Part shown: piece after piece, positions 42,849 through 54,746 of the stretch
How the letters are laid out: every line of letters starts with the position of its first letter
How positions within the stretch are numbered: the first letter of the stretch is position 1
Source of the DNA: an uncultured Bacteroidota bacterium
Lineage (GTDB): Bacteria > Bacteroidota > Bacteroidia > AKYH767-A > JABDAW01
Assembly: GCA_903844645.1 (NCBI GenBank)
Contig: CAIMUP010000013.1
Coordinates: 1,428-65,427 of the forward strand
Direction of reading: 5' to 3'
DNA: 64,000 nt
Translations under genes and position numbers: made by a program
The notes under the pieces: model-generated
Database searches by the model: none
What the model was told of the DNA's origin: nothing
Seen by the model: only the letters and a program-made list of their open reading frames with translations

Positions 42849-43817
42849 ATGGATATAAAATTTAACTCCGATGTAGAAGCAGTGGATTCCCTGGTGGGGA
42901 CTTACAAGGACCTTCGCAAAGAAATTGGGAAAGTGATTATCGGGCAAGACGATATTGTGAAGGATGTGCTGATCTCTATCTTCGGGCAGGGACATTGCTT
43001 GCTGGTGGGTGTGCCGGGCTTGGCGAAGACGCTGTTGGTGAATACGATTGCGCAGACGTTAGGCTTGACGTATAACCGGATTCAGTTTACGCCTGACTTG
43101 ATGCCGAGTGATATTATCGGGACGGAAATATTGGATGAAACTCGTAAGTTTCGGTTTATTAAAGGACCGTTGTTTGCGAATATTATCCTTGCCGATGAGA
43201 TTAACAGAACTCCACCAAAGACTCAGTCGGCGTTGTTGGAGGCGATGCAGGAACGGACTGTTACTGCTGCCGGAACGCGGTATGATTTGGGGAAGCCGTT
43301 CTTTGTGTTGGCGACGCAAAACCCGATTGAGCAGGAGGGGACTTACCCGTTGCCGGAGGCGCAATTGGATAGGTTTATGTTTAATGTGTGGTTGGATTAT
43401 CCAAAATTTGAGGAGGAGATACAGGTGGTGAAGAATACGACCTCGAATTATAAACCGGAGTTAAAAGTTATTATTCATGGGGAAGAGATTGTGTATTTTC
43501 AGGACTTGGTGAGGAGGATTCCTATTGCGGATAATGTGTTGAATTATGCGGTAACCTTGGCGCAGAAGAGCAGACCGAATACGGCATTGGCTACGGAGAT
43601 GGTGAATACTTATCTGTCGTGGGGTGCTGGTCCGAGGGCTTCGCAGTATTTGGTGATTGGGGCGAAGGTGAACGCGATATTCAATGGGAAATATTCTCCT
43701 GATATTGAGGATGTGCAGGCGGTGGCGGCGGGTATTCTGCGGCATCGTATTGTATTAAATTATAAGGCGGAAGCTGAACGGGTTTCGGTGGAGAGCATTG
43801 TTAAAAGCCTTATTTAA
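42849..43817 (+). CDS. MoxR-family AAA+ ATPase
   Basis: Walker A GVPGLAKT and Walker B ILADEINR. The size is about 320 aa. Confidence 0.9.
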   Translation: MDIKFNSDVEAVDSLVGTYKDLRKEIGKVIIGQDDIVKDVLISIFGQGHCLLVGVPGLAKTLLVNTIAQTLGLTYNRIQFTPDLMPSDIIGTEILDETRKFRFIKGPLFANIILADEINRTPPKTQSALLEAMQERTVTAAGTRYDLGKPFFVLATQNPIEQEGTYPLPEAQLDRFMFNVWLDYPKFEEEIQVVKNTTSNYKPELKVIIHGEEIVYFQDLVRRIPIADNVLNYAVTLAQKSRPNTALATEMVNTYLSWGAGPRASQYLVIGAKVNAIFNGKYSPDIEDVQAVAAGILRHRIVLNYKAEAERVSVESIVKSLI

Positions 43818-43869
43818 GAGAAGAATCCGGGGGATTCAAATCAGTTTTTGGTGTCTGGAGCAGTTTAAC

Positions 43870-44163
43870 GGCTGTTGATTGGAGAAAGTCGGCTGTTGAT
43901 TGGGGAAAGTTGACTGTTGATTGGGGAAAGTCGGCTGTTGATTGGGGAAAGTCGGCTGTTGATTGGGGAAAGTTGACTGTTGATTGGGGAAAGTCGGCTG
44001 TTGATTGGGGAAAGTCGGCTGTTGATTGGGGAAACATGGACGTAGATTGGGGAAACATGGACGTAGATTGCGGAAACATGGACGTAGATTGGGGAAACAT
44101 GGAGGTAGATTGTAGAAACATGGAGGTAGATTGCAGAAACATGGAGGTAGATGGGTTTTACAC
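43870..44163. repeat. 21-bp tandem repeat array G, 14 copies in two blocks (GGCTGTTGATTGGGGAAAGTC x7, then GGACGTAGATTGGGGAAACAT x7)
   Basis: Units run from 43870 through 44143 in exact 21-bp steps. Confidence 0.95.
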
Positions 44164-44323
44164 TTAAAATGCCAATAATTTTAATACAAAATGCTTTGTT
44201 TTTTCTACTTTTCATTTAATTATATCAAAAAAAGCAAAACAATTTCTCCGAAAATTTGGCAGTTACAAGAAATTTTAGTTAATTTGCATCCATAATCTAA
44301 AAGATAGACTTAAAATAACAAAA

Positions 44324-45259
44324 ATGAATCACAGAGAACTCGCACAAATGGAAAGAAACGGAGGACTGTTTACGTTCCTCGCCTTGGCTTCGAGCCATAC
44401 AATTTATGACTCCAATGGCAACTTCGTCATTGAAAGGGATGGACAAGCCGCGAAACATGTTATTACGCTTGACAAAGCCTCGAAAGCGGGGATTGACAAT
44501 AAAGGTTTTAGCGCAGATAAATTGGAAAAGAAAAACCTTTTGGCGGATGAAGCAGCGTTGCTTTCGGGCTACGCATTCGTGAAATGGGGTCCTACTAAAT
44601 TGAACAAACCAGCCTTTGCTTTACAATGCCACACGTTTGCTACGGATTATTTAGGAATTGCCGATGTTGAATGTACCGCTCTTGCACAAGCTGCTCACGA
44701 TTTGATGTTCAATAATAGCGGCGACCTGACGGGTTATGTAGCCGCGGGGGATTTGACACATTTGCAAACAACGATCAACAACTTTACGGCTGCTGACGGC
44801 TCTTCGCAATCGGTGAATGCGGCATCGCCAGCGGATACGGCAGCATTTAAAACGGCATTGAGAAACGAAAATAAGTGTATTCCTGACCTCTTATTTATGG
44901 TGCGACCTTTTAAAACGATTAATAAAACTTTCTACGATAAAGTGGTTCTGTTGTGTGAATTGCCTGCCGTTTCAGTCTTACATACCGATGTGATCGTTAC
45001 GGTTTTGAAGACGGAAAATAATGAGGTGATAACGGATGCGCATGGGACACTTTCGAACACTAAAAAGACGGACGATACGGATATTCATGGGGAATTGGAA
45101 ATAGATGAAGTACATTCTGGCAAAGCCATCTTGACGATTACGCAACCGGATCGGGTAACGATTGTGGAAGAGATAACGATTCAAATAAAGCATGTGAATC
45201 ATTATACGGTACACATGACGCTGAAACCGGTGCCTCCGCCGATACCTCCGGTGGTTTAA
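44324..45259 (+). CDS. hypothetical protein (weak YANP-like motif NKPAFALQCHTFAT; C-terminal PVPPPIPPVV)
   Basis: 311-aa ORF directly downstream of array G. Two consecutive terminators follow it. Confidence 0.5.
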   Translation: MNHRELAQMERNGGLFTFLALASSHTIYDSNGNFVIERDGQAAKHVITLDKASKAGIDNKGFSADKLEKKNLLADEAALLSGYAFVKWGPTKLNKPAFALQCHTFATDYLGIADVECTALAQAAHDLMFNNSGDLTGYVAAGDLTHLQTTINNFTAADGSSQSVNAASPADTAAFKTALRNENKCIPDLLFMVRPFKTINKTFYDKVVLLCELPAVSVLHTDVIVTVLKTENNEVITDAHGTLSNTKKTDDTDIHGELEIDEVHSGKAILTITQPDRVTIVEEITIQIKHVNHYTVHMTLKPVPPPIPPVV

Positions 45260-45265
45260 GAAGCC

Positions 45266-45343
45266 TCACCCCTGCCCCTCTCCAAGGGGAGAGGGGTGAA
45301 TAATGAATAAGTCCTCTCGGTGAAAGTCGGGAGGATTTTTTTT
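45266..45343 (+). terminator. two tandem rho-independent terminators
   Basis: First hairpin is CCCCTCTCC-aa-GGGGAGAGGGG at 45275-45296. Second is CCTCTCG-tgaaagt-CGGGAGG followed by TTTTTTTT at 45313-45343. Confidence 0.7.
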
Positions 45344-45349
45344 GTTTGA

Positions 45350-46390
45350 TTGTATTCTAATTCCCTGAAAAATTTCTACTTTTGCACGATGGAAATAACT
45401 AATAATAACTACGATGAATTGATAGACGGCATCGGCAAATTGCTTCGTCAAGGGAGGCAAAAAGCTGCCCGAGAAGTGAATTCCATTTTGGTAAATACCT
45501 ATTGGGAGATAGGTAAATATATTGTAGAGTTTGAGCAGCATGGAAATGAAAAAGCCGAGTATGGAACGCAATTATTCGACCGCCTTTCAAAAGACCTGAC
45601 GAAGGCTTATGGCAAGGGATTCAGCCGTTCTAATTTTTTTCAAATCCGGTCTTTTTATCTTAAATTCCCAATTGTCCAGACATTGTCTGGACAATTGACA
45701 TGGAGTCATTACATAGAAATTATAAAGGCTGATCACCCATTAGAAATTGGCTTCTATTCCAAGCAATGCGTCAAAGATAAATGGACTGTCAGAGAGTTGA
45801 AACGCCAAATGAAAAGCATGCTCTTTCATCGCCTTGCTTTGAGTACCGACAAGGCTGGCTTTTTGAAATTAGCCAATGTAGGGCATGAGGTAATGGAAGC
45901 TGAAGATTTATTGAAGGAACCCTTCGTACTGGAATTCCTGAATATCCCTGAACATTATCAATATCTGGAAGGAGAATTAGAAGAGAAAATCATCAATAAC
46001 CTGCAACAGTTTTTACTCGAATTAGGCAAAGGATTTGCGTTTATCGGTCGACAATACCGGATGACATTAGGCGGCAAACACTACCGCTTAGACCTCCTGT
46101 TTTATCATCGAATATTAAAATGCTTTGTCCTCATAGACCTTAAACGCGGCGAGATAGACCACCAAGATATTGGACAAATGAATCTCTATCTGAATTACTT
46201 TAAAAAAGAAGAAAATACCGAAGACGACAACGAACCGGTAGGCATTATTTTAGGAGCGACAAAAAACGAAATTTTAGTGGAATATGCCACCGCCAGCATC
46301 ACCAACAAAGTCCTCCTGGCGAAATATCAAATGTACCTGCCCAGGGAAGAACAACTCCGCAATGCTCTCATCAAATTATTAGATGAATAA
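45350..46390 (+). CDS. DUF1016/YhcG-family protein with C-terminal PD-(D/E)XK nuclease domain
   Basis: The N-terminal helical DUF1016 region matches the YhcG family. C-terminal motifs are ...LDLLFYHR...LIDLKRGEIDHQDIGQMNLY, giving the D...(D/E)xK pattern. The start may be MEITNN at 45389. A TACTTTTG box sits at 45379. Confidence 0.65.
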   Translation: MYSNSLKNFYFCTMEITNNNYDELIDGIGKLLRQGRQKAAREVNSILVNTYWEIGKYIVEFEQHGNEKAEYGTQLFDRLSKDLTKAYGKGFSRSNFFQIRSFYLKFPIVQTLSGQLTWSHYIEIIKADHPLEIGFYSKQCVKDKWTVRELKRQMKSMLFHRLALSTDKAGFLKLANVGHEVMEAEDLLKEPFVLEFLNIPEHYQYLEGELEEKIINNLQQFLLELGKGFAFIGRQYRMTLGGKHYRLDLLFYHRILKCFVLIDLKRGEIDHQDIGQMNLYLNYFKKEENTEDDNEPVGIILGATKNEILVEYATASITNKVLLAKYQMYLPREEQLRNALIKLLDE

Positions 46391-46395
46391 TTTCC

Positions 46396-46403
46396 TACTT
46401 TTG
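46396..46403 (+). promoter_or_regulatory. -7 element TACTTTTG
   Basis: Matches TAnnTTTG, 21 bp upstream of the ATG at 46424. Confidence 0.4.
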
Positions 46404-46423
46404 CTCCTCAAATCAAACAATAA

Positions 46424-48589
46424 ATGCGCTTGAAAAAGATACTGGTTATACTCATTCTTCACTTTTCAGTGTTCGTTCTTCACTGTTCCGCCCAGCAGGT
46501 TCCAGAATTGTGGGGAATGACTCCTACTGGTGGAAGTGCCTTTAAAGTATATGGTGACGGAACAAACTTCTTAGACTTTCATGATTTCAATAATAACACC
46601 GGAGGTTATCCTGAAGGATATTTTACAATATATAATAACAATGGTATTCTATATGGAGTAGCAAAAATGGGAGGTGCTTATGATAGCGGAGTAATTTTTA
46701 GTATTGATACAAGCACTTTCACTTACACGGTTTTGTATAATTTTAGTGGTCCTTTGGGTACGTTTCCAAATGGAAGTCTTTTGCTTGGCAGCAATAATAA
46801 GTTTTATGGAACTACTAATAGCGGGGGGAATAATAGGAAAGGGGTGATATTTAGTTTTGATCCTTCAACAAACATTTATTCTGTTGAACATTATTTTACT
46901 GACACTACATATTGTAGTGTGGCAACTTTGATGCAGGCGAATAATGGATTAATTTATGGATCATTATGGGCTGGTGGAACTCATCATCACGGTTTAATTT
47001 ACAGCTATGATCCTGTAACCTCTGTTTATAATGATATATATAATTTGGATACTACAATATTTGTAACTAATTCTTCTTCACCAAGATTTATTCAAGCTAC
47101 TAATGGTTTAATTTATGGCTTGGGAGCTGTTGTTGGAAATATTGGAGGGGGTGAAATATTCAGCCTTAATCCAAATACTAATATACTTCAGATTTTATAT
47201 AGGTTTGATACTTCAAATGCAATTGGAGTTGTTCCACACGGTAGCTTAATTCAGGCAAACAATGGCTTACTTTATGGTATGACTTGGTATGGAGGTTCAA
47301 CAGGTTGTGGTGGAATTTTTAGTTTTGATATTTCAACTAATACTTGCATTAATGTATATAATTTCAGTTATCCAACAGGAAAAAATCCAACTGGAAGTCT
47401 TATGCAAGCAAGTGATGGCAAGTTATATGGAATGGCGAGATTGGGAGGATTAAACAATAAAGGCACACTATTTCAATATGATCTTATAACAAATACTTAT
47501 ACCGATATTCATGATTTTAATGGTTCAGATGGTTCTTTGCCAACCTCTGATTTAATAGAGTTTCCTTGTACTTTAAAATCACTAACAACAAGTAGCAATT
47601 CAAGTATGTGCCTAGGAGATAGTATCGTTCTTCATGTTAATGGTGCTATTAATTATCACTGGTATCCTGGGAATTTTACTGATAGTATAATTACAGTTCA
47701 TCCTACTGCAACTACAACCTACCTTGTTACTGGTTCTGTTAATTTATGTAGTAAAACGGATACTATTATTATTACAATTATCCCTCCAATAACCGTCACC
47801 TCTTCCTTCACCGCCGATACCCTCAAAGGCTGTGCTCCGCTTACTATTCAATTCACGAATACGAGCAGTAATGGTGTGCATTATCTTTGGAACTTTGGCG
47901 ATGGTGGTACGAGTACTGCTGTGAATCCTGTGCATACCTATAGCGATTCGGGGAAGTACACGGTTACTCTCACTGCTACCAATGATACTTCGCAATGCGG
48001 AAGGTATGTGAATACGAAGGTGAAAACGAATTATATAGAAGTGGGAAGCCCCATACAGGTAACGAGTAGATTTACCGCCAGTACGGTCTTTGGCTGCGTG
48101 CCGCTGGAGGTTGATTTCACGAATACAAGCATCAACGGAACTACCTTTCACTGGCTGCTCGGCAATGGGGAAACGGATACCGCGAAGAACCCGCATCATA
48201 TCATCTATCCCGATTCGGGCACCTTCCACGTAACGCTGATTGCTTATAACGAAAGTCCGCTCTGCGCCAACTCTCCCGATGTGTGGACTGTGGATATAAA
48301 CACGGGTATCTGCGACCTCGAATTCCCGAATGTCTTCTCTCCGAATGGCGATGATGTGAATGATTATTTTCAGTTCCTCGCGAAGGGATACACGCATTGC
48401 AACCTCATCATCTTCAACCGCTGGGGACAGTTGATTTATGAATCGCCGCTCACCGATACCTTCTGGAATGGCAAAATCAACAACACCGAAGCAGAGGTGC
48501 ATGACGGGACTTATTATTATCTTTTCACGGCTACGGATTTCTATGGAAAGGCTTTTGCGCAGAAGGGGTTTATTACCGTGATTCGGTAA
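46424..48589 (+). CDS. secreted protein with GloVer (choice-of-anchor) tandem repeats, two PKD domains and T9SS type-B C-terminal domain
   Basis: Signal peptide present. Six or more repeats of the form GG..(V/I)FS.D.....Y.V.Y.F. Two PKD-like segments (FTNTS.NG..Y.W.FGDG). The C-terminal ...FSPNGDDVNDYF...NRWGQLIYES...GTYYY matches the gliding-motility-associated CTD. Confidence 0.75.
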   Translation: MRLKKILVILILHFSVFVLHCSAQQVPELWGMTPTGGSAFKVYGDGTNFLDFHDFNNNTGGYPEGYFTIYNNNGILYGVAKMGGAYDSGVIFSIDTSTFTYTVLYNFSGPLGTFPNGSLLLGSNNKFYGTTNSGGNNRKGVIFSFDPSTNIYSVEHYFTDTTYCSVATLMQANNGLIYGSLWAGGTHHHGLIYSYDPVTSVYNDIYNLDTTIFVTNSSSPRFIQATNGLIYGLGAVVGNIGGGEIFSLNPNTNILQILYRFDTSNAIGVVPHGSLIQANNGLLYGMTWYGGSTGCGGIFSFDISTNTCINVYNFSYPTGKNPTGSLMQASDGKLYGMARLGGLNNKGTLFQYDLITNTYTDIHDFNGSDGSLPTSDLIEFPCTLKSLTTSSNSSMCLGDSIVLHVNGAINYHWYPGNFTDSIITVHPTATTTYLVTGSVNLCSKTDTIIITIIPPITVTSSFTADTLKGCAPLTIQFTNTSSNGVHYLWNFGDGGTSTAVNPVHTYSDSGKYTVTLTATNDTSQCGRYVNTKVKTNYIEVGSPIQVTSRFTASTVFGCVPLEVDFTNTSINGTTFHWLLGNGETDTAKNPHHIIYPDSGTFHVTLIAYNESPLCANSPDVWTVDINTGICDLEFPNVFSPNGDDVNDYFQFLAKGYTHCNLIIFNRWGQLIYESPLTDTFWNGKINNTEAEVHDGTYYYLFTATDFYGKAFAQKGFITVIR

Positions 48590-48603
48590 GACAATTGTTT
48601 TGC

Positions 48604-48611
48604 TAATTTTG
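48604..48611 (+). promoter_or_regulatory. -7 element TAATTTTG
   Basis: Matches TAnnTTTG, 25 bp upstream of the ATG at 48636. Confidence 0.4.
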
Positions 48612-48635
48612 CGGTTCATAAAATAAATTATCGTC

Positions 48636-49475
48636 ATGAAAAATGTAATCAAAATAATGTTGTTTGTTGCGGTTGCAACTTGCCTTTTCTCTTGTGGAGG
48701 AAACACAAATACGAATGTTGCGAAGACTAAGGATACCATCCCTGTGCCGCCGCCACCTAAACCTTATGCCGAGGAGGTGAATGGCATTAAAGTTTCGGAG
48801 GCTCCGAACTCTCCGGAATTCCCTGATGCGAAGCTGCAATTGCTATCGCCGAAAAAGGATACGGTGTTGAAAATCGGGAATAATAAATTCCATTATCATG
48901 TCGAGAATTACACGCTCGGCATGCTTACCGAAGGTTATTATAAAATGAAATGCGCCAACTCGATGAAGGGTCAGCATATTCATTATATCTTGGATAATAC
49001 GCCGTATTATGCCTCCTACGATTCGGTCTTTGAACGCCCTGTGCCGAGTGGCAAACATTTATTGTTGAGTTTCTTGTCGCGGTCGTACCACGAAAGTATC
49101 AAGAATCAGGACGCGTACACTCTCACTCAACTCGTTGCCGGCAAAGGCACGGATACGCTGAAAGATTATGATATGAATGCGCCGTATCTCTTCTATTCTC
49201 GCCCGAAAGGGGAGTATAAGGGCGAGGCAGAAACGAAGAAATTATTGTTGGATTTCTACCTCGTGAATACCACCCTTTCTCCGACAGGAAACAGGGTGAA
49301 GGCGACCGTCAATGGCAACGATTTTATCCTTACGAAATGGGTGCCTTACATGATTGAAGGCTTGCCGATGGGAGATAATAAAATCACGCTGCAATTGCTG
49401 GATAAAAACAACAAACCGGTGCCAGGCATCTTCAATGATTCAGGCGAAAGGAAGTTTGTTTTGAAAGAGAAATAA
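48636..49475 (+). CDS. lipoprotein, hypothetical
   Basis: Lipobox LFSCG. Length is 279 aa. Confidence 0.5.
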   Translation: MKNVIKIMLFVAVATCLFSCGGNTNTNVAKTKDTIPVPPPPKPYAEEVNGIKVSEAPNSPEFPDAKLQLLSPKKDTVLKIGNNKFHYHVENYTLGMLTEGYYKMKCANSMKGQHIHYILDNTPYYASYDSVFERPVPSGKHLLLSFLSRSYHESIKNQDAYTLTQLVAGKGTDTLKDYDMNAPYLFYSRPKGEYKGEAETKKLLLDFYLVNTTLSPTGNRVKATVNGNDFILTKWVPYMIEGLPMGDNKITLQLLDKNNKPVPGIFNDSGERKFVLKEK

Positions 49476-49505
49476 GAGGTTTTTTTCATTCCGATTATCA
49501 TTGAT

Positions 49506-49913
49506 TTGATGCATAAAAACCAGGAATCATTCTCTATTAAAAAGCGATTCAACAGCTTCGGATATGCCTTCAACGGCATTAAAATATTATTCAGAACCGA
49601 ACACAATACTTGGCTACATTTATTCGCTACGGTGGCGGTACTTGCGGCAGGATTTTTCTTCCATATTTCGGTTTTGAGTTGGTTTATGCTCGTTGTCGCC
49701 ATTGCTTTGGTTTGGATTACGGAGGCATTAAATACTGCCATCGAATACCTCGTTGATTTGGTTTCTCCCGAGTACCATCCCTTAGCTAAAAAAACGAAGG
49801 ATATTGCGGCAGCGGCGGTGTTCATCGCCTCCTTTTTTGCATTCATATTAGGAATAATAATAGTGTATCACGAGTGGATTTTACACTATCAAACCATTTG
49901 TTTAGGGCTTTGA
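49506..49913 (+). CDS. dgkA: diacylglycerol/undecaprenol kinase (DgkA family)
   Basis: Three TM segments. Hallmark motif EALNTAIE. The size is about 120 to 135 aa. Confidence 0.75.
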   Translation: MMHKNQESFSIKKRFNSFGYAFNGIKILFRTEHNTWLHLFATVAVLAAGFFFHISVLSWFMLVVAIALVWITEALNTAIEYLVDLVSPEYHPLAKKTKDIAAAAVFIASFFAFILGIIIVYHEWILHYQTICLGL

Positions 49914-49926
49914 AAAGGGAAAAAAG

Positions 49927-50167
49927 CCGACCGGATTTGGGAAAGATGCGGTCGGATATTTCCTTTCTCCGGTCGGATATTTCTTTTTTCCGGTCGGATA
50001 TTTCTTTTTTCCGGTCGGATATTTCTTTTTTCCGGTCGGATATTTCTTTTTTCCGGTCGGATATTTCCTTTTTCCGGTCGGAGATTTCTTTTTTCCGGTC
50101 GGAGATTTCCTGTTTCCGGTCGGAGATTTCCTTTTTCCGGTCGGATATTTCCCGTTACCGACCATTA
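49927..50167. repeat. 21-bp tandem repeat array H, about 11 copies, unit CCGGTCGGATATTTCTTTTTT
   Basis: Units at 49949, 49970 and onward through 50138. Variants are GGAGATTTCC. Confidence 0.95.
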
Positions 50168-50299
50168 ATTTTTGGCTGATTAACGGAAGAAAATATATCT
50201 TTGACCCCTTACCAAAAAAATGAAGCCGCAAAAAGCGATTCCGAAGGACATAAAATGAATGAAACAAAACATAATAGTAAACTTAAAACAGACAGATAA

Positions 50300-51691
<1,392 letters not shown>

Positions 51692-51721
51692 ATCCCAAAT
51701 AACCTTAATAATGATATAATT

Positions 51722-52849
51722 ATGGAAATAACAATCAAAAAAGTCGAAAACGGAGCCGATAAGAAGAAGTTTATTGACTTCGTTCATGATTTATATGCCG
51801 ATGATCCGAACTATGTGCCTGAACTTTACATGGCGCAAAGCGATTTGATGAATCCTAAGAAGAATCCTTTCTTTTGGCATTCCAAGGCGGATCTTTTTCT
51901 TGCTGAACGCGATGGAAAAGTGGTAGGAAGAATCGCCGCCATAAGGAATAATAATTATAATGAATACGCGAAAACCAAAGTCGGCTTCTTCGGGTTCTTC
52001 GATGTTATAAATGATTATGAAGTGGCTAAGAAATTACTCGATACCGCTAACGATTGGATTAAAAAGGAAGGCTTGACGGACATTATAGGACCTACAAATT
52101 TCTCTACCAATGAAACTTGCGGCTTATTAGTAGAAGGTTTGGATTCTGCGCCTGTAATTATGATGACTTATAACAAGGCTTATTACAAAACCTTCTTAGA
52201 TAAATATGGTTTTACTAAGCAAATGGACCTGATTGCATACGTCCTGGACCCGATGGATATGCCGGAAAAGCTATTGCGATTAGCAAAAGGGATTGAGGAG
52301 CGTTTGAAGAGAAGAAACATTACCGTCCGCAAGATAAATATGAAGGATTTTAACAACGAAGTAGCCAAAGTAAAGGAAATTTATAATGCTGCCTGGGATA
52401 AAAATTGGGGTTTTGTGCCGATGACGGATGACGAATTCAAATTCCAGGCTAAGGATATGAAAATGATATTAGATAAAGACTTCGCGTATGTAGCCGAAGA
52501 CAACGGAAAGGTCATCGCGTTCTCATTAACTATTCCGAATGTGAACGAGGTGTTCAAAACCATCAAGCGGGGCAGGTTATTCCCGACGGGGCTGTTAAAA
52601 TTAGTATTAAATAAGAGCAAAATATCCAGCGTACGTGTGATTACATTGGGGGTGTTGGAGGAATATCGGAAGCTGGGTATAGACGTCGTGTTTTATGCTA
52701 AGAACATGGAAACCGCCCAACAGAAAAAACTTAAATATGCAGAGGCTTCCTGGATTTTAGAGAACAATAAGGAGATGAATTCTCCCTTAATTTCCATCAA
52801 TGCGAAGCCTTATAAAACATATCGTATCTTTGAGAAGAAGATAGTATGA
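51722..52849 (+). CDS. GNAT-fold N-acyltransferase-like protein (candidate lipid N-acyltransferase, bCerS-like)
   Basis: 375 aa with an acyl-CoA N-acyltransferase-like pattern in the C-terminal half. Sits between the SPT-like gene and the SDR gene. It overlaps the downstream gene by 4 bp, which indicates an operon. Confidence 0.5.
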   Translation: MEITIKKVENGADKKKFIDFVHDLYADDPNYVPELYMAQSDLMNPKKNPFFWHSKADLFLAERDGKVVGRIAAIRNNNYNEYAKTKVGFFGFFDVINDYEVAKKLLDTANDWIKKEGLTDIIGPTNFSTNETCGLLVEGLDSAPVIMMTYNKAYYKTFLDKYGFTKQMDLIAYVLDPMDMPEKLLRLAKGIEERLKRRNITVRKINMKDFNNEVAKVKEIYNAAWDKNWGFVPMTDDEFKFQAKDMKMILDKDFAYVAEDNGKVIAFSLTIPNVNEVFKTIKRGRLFPTGLLKLVLNKSKISSVRVITLGVLEEYRKLGIDVVFYAKNMETAQQKKLKYAEASWILENNKEMNSPLISINAKPYKTYRIFEKKIV

Positions 52850-53853
52850 AGAAAGTTCTGATTACTGGTGCTAGCGGCTTTGTTGGTAGCTTCTTGGTGG
52901 AAGATGCCTTAAAAAAAGGCTACGAAGTATATGCCGGAATCCGCGGAAGTAGCAGCCGCAAGTATCTTCCTGATGAACGGATTAAATTTTTATCTCTCGA
53001 CTTCGGGAATACCAATCATCTTACCAAAAGTCTTGACGATTTTGCCCAAGAAAATAACGGCGGTTTCGATTTTATTATTCACGGAGCGGGGATTACGAAG
53101 GCAAATAATATTCAGCATTATTACGATGTCAATTATCTTAATACAAAACATTTTGTCGAAGCATTAATTACCACAAAAACGATCCCGAAAAAGTTTATTC
53201 AGGTAAGTTCGCTCGCCGCTTTTGGTCCGGGCAATCCAAAAACATTAGAGCCGATCAATCATACTCATAAGCCGATGCCGGTAAGTAGTTACGGAAAGAG
53301 TAAATTAGTTGCCGAAGAATATTTTGCTACTCTGAATGACTTTCCTTTTATTATTTTTCGCCCCACGACGGTATATGGTCCGAGGGAGCGGGATCTTTTC
53401 ACGGTTTTCCAGATGGTAAATAATGGTTTTGAATTCTATATCGGGAGGAAACCACAGCATCTTACCTTTATTTATGTCAAGGATTTGGTAACGCTGATGC
53501 TGGATTCGTTGGAGAGGGATATTATTAACAAATCGTACTTTGTTTCGGACGGAAAAAGCTATGAATCGAGCCTGTTGAATACTTATATTAAGCAGGGGCT
53601 GAATAAAAAAACCATCAAACTTACGATGCCGGTCGCGGTGGTGAAGGCTTTGGCGTTTACTTTAGAGAAAAGTTTCGGGTTATTTAATCAAATTCCGACC
53701 TTAAATAGTGAGCGGGTGAAAGAATTTGAGAGTACGAATTGGAAAGTATTCACGGATGACCTTTTCTTAGACTTCAATTTCAAACCGGAGTATGATTTGG
53801 AGCGGGGCGTGATGGAAACCATCGCCTGGTATAAGCAAGAAAAGTGGTTGTAA
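52846..53853 (+). CDS. NAD-dependent epimerase/dehydratase family SDR (candidate ketosphinganine/ceramide reductase)
   Basis: N-terminal TGASGFVGSFLV Rossmann motif. Catalytic YGKSK motif. Confidence 0.8.
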   Translation: MKKVLITGASGFVGSFLVEDALKKGYEVYAGIRGSSSRKYLPDERIKFLSLDFGNTNHLTKSLDDFAQENNGGFDFIIHGAGITKANNIQHYYDVNYLNTKHFVEALITTKTIPKKFIQVSSLAAFGPGNPKTLEPINHTHKPMPVSSYGKSKLVAEEYFATLNDFPFIIFRPTTVYGPRERDLFTVFQMVNNGFEFYIGRKPQHLTFIYVKDLVTLMLDSLERDIINKSYFVSDGKSYESSLLNTYIKQGLNKKTIKLTMPVAVVKALAFTLEKSFGLFNQIPTLNSERVKEFESTNWKVFTDDLFLDFNFKPEYDLERGVMETIAWYKQEKWL

Positions 53854-54368
53854 GTCATTTTGAGCCAAAACGGTACCTATTTACTGAAATTCGGTAAGGT
53901 TTTCCCGATATTCTCTGCATAATCCTACGATATTACCTTGATATTTGATTATATATCGAAGGAAATCTCTCATAAATAATCCCAAAAAAGACTTATTTAC
54001 TAAGAATGGTCTATACTTTTATCCAGCGAAACGATGGTTTCATCGGGCTAAACCATAGTTTAAACAGATATTAGACCTCTTTCATTGTTGTCTTTTCAAT
54101 GATCGTATAACAATCTCGGAGGGACGGCATCTTTTTTTATTCGGTAGTAAACGATGATTTATAATAGAGGTCTATTCTTGGGAATAACTATCTAAATCGT
54201 GTGAAATGTGATCTTATACAGGCAGTTTCGGTAGTAAATAGGGGTAGTAATGATCTCGTCCAGAGGGTATTTAATAGTGTTTGGAAGGGTTCTTTAGGTA
54301 ATAATAATGAATGTGTACATACATTTTGTTCGGTGTATATGCCGCCGAGTTATTACAATATAAATTAT

Positions 54369-54558
54369 CCGTCATCATATATGAAAACGGACAATCGTAA
54401 TAGTTATTATTGTATTAACTATTGTAATTATTGCTTTAGCAATAGTAAATATGACCATAACGATACCTTGGGCGATATTTTCTATCGTTACTGCAATAAT
54501 AACATATGTAAAAGGTATCCTTAGGATACCAATTATACGTTTTCATATATGATGACGG
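54369..54558. repeat. 21-bp perfect inverted repeat pair (CCGTCATCATATATGAAAACG at 54369-54389; its reverse complement at 54538-54558) flanking a 148-bp segment that contains the 17-bp palindrome GGTATCCTTAGGATACC
   Basis: Read directly. The palindrome is at 54514-54530. Confidence 0.85.
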
Positions 54559-54565
54559 ACGAAAA

Positions 54566-54746
54566 GGATAGTAAAAGCTGTTATCACGATAGTTATTGTT
54601 GTTATCACAATGGTAAAAGCGGTTATCACAATAGTTATTGCTGTTATCACAATAGTTATTGTAGTTATCACAATAGTTATTGCAGCTATTACAATTGTAA
54701 AAGCAGTTATTATAATAGCTATAACAGTATTCACGATAGCGATGAC
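54566..54746. repeat. 21-bp tandem repeat array K, about 8 copies, unit TGTTATCACAATAGTTATTGC (alternating with ...AATGGTAAAAGC)
   Basis: Units at 54579, 54600 and onward through 54726. Confidence 0.9.

Noticed and set aside
45379-45389. TACTTTTG box 3 bp before an in-frame ATG (45389) of the YhcG-like gene, as a promoter
   Set aside because: It is too close to the ATG for a normal -7 element unless the transcript is leaderless. The box could instead lie within the coding sequence if the 45350 start is used. I left the start ambiguous.
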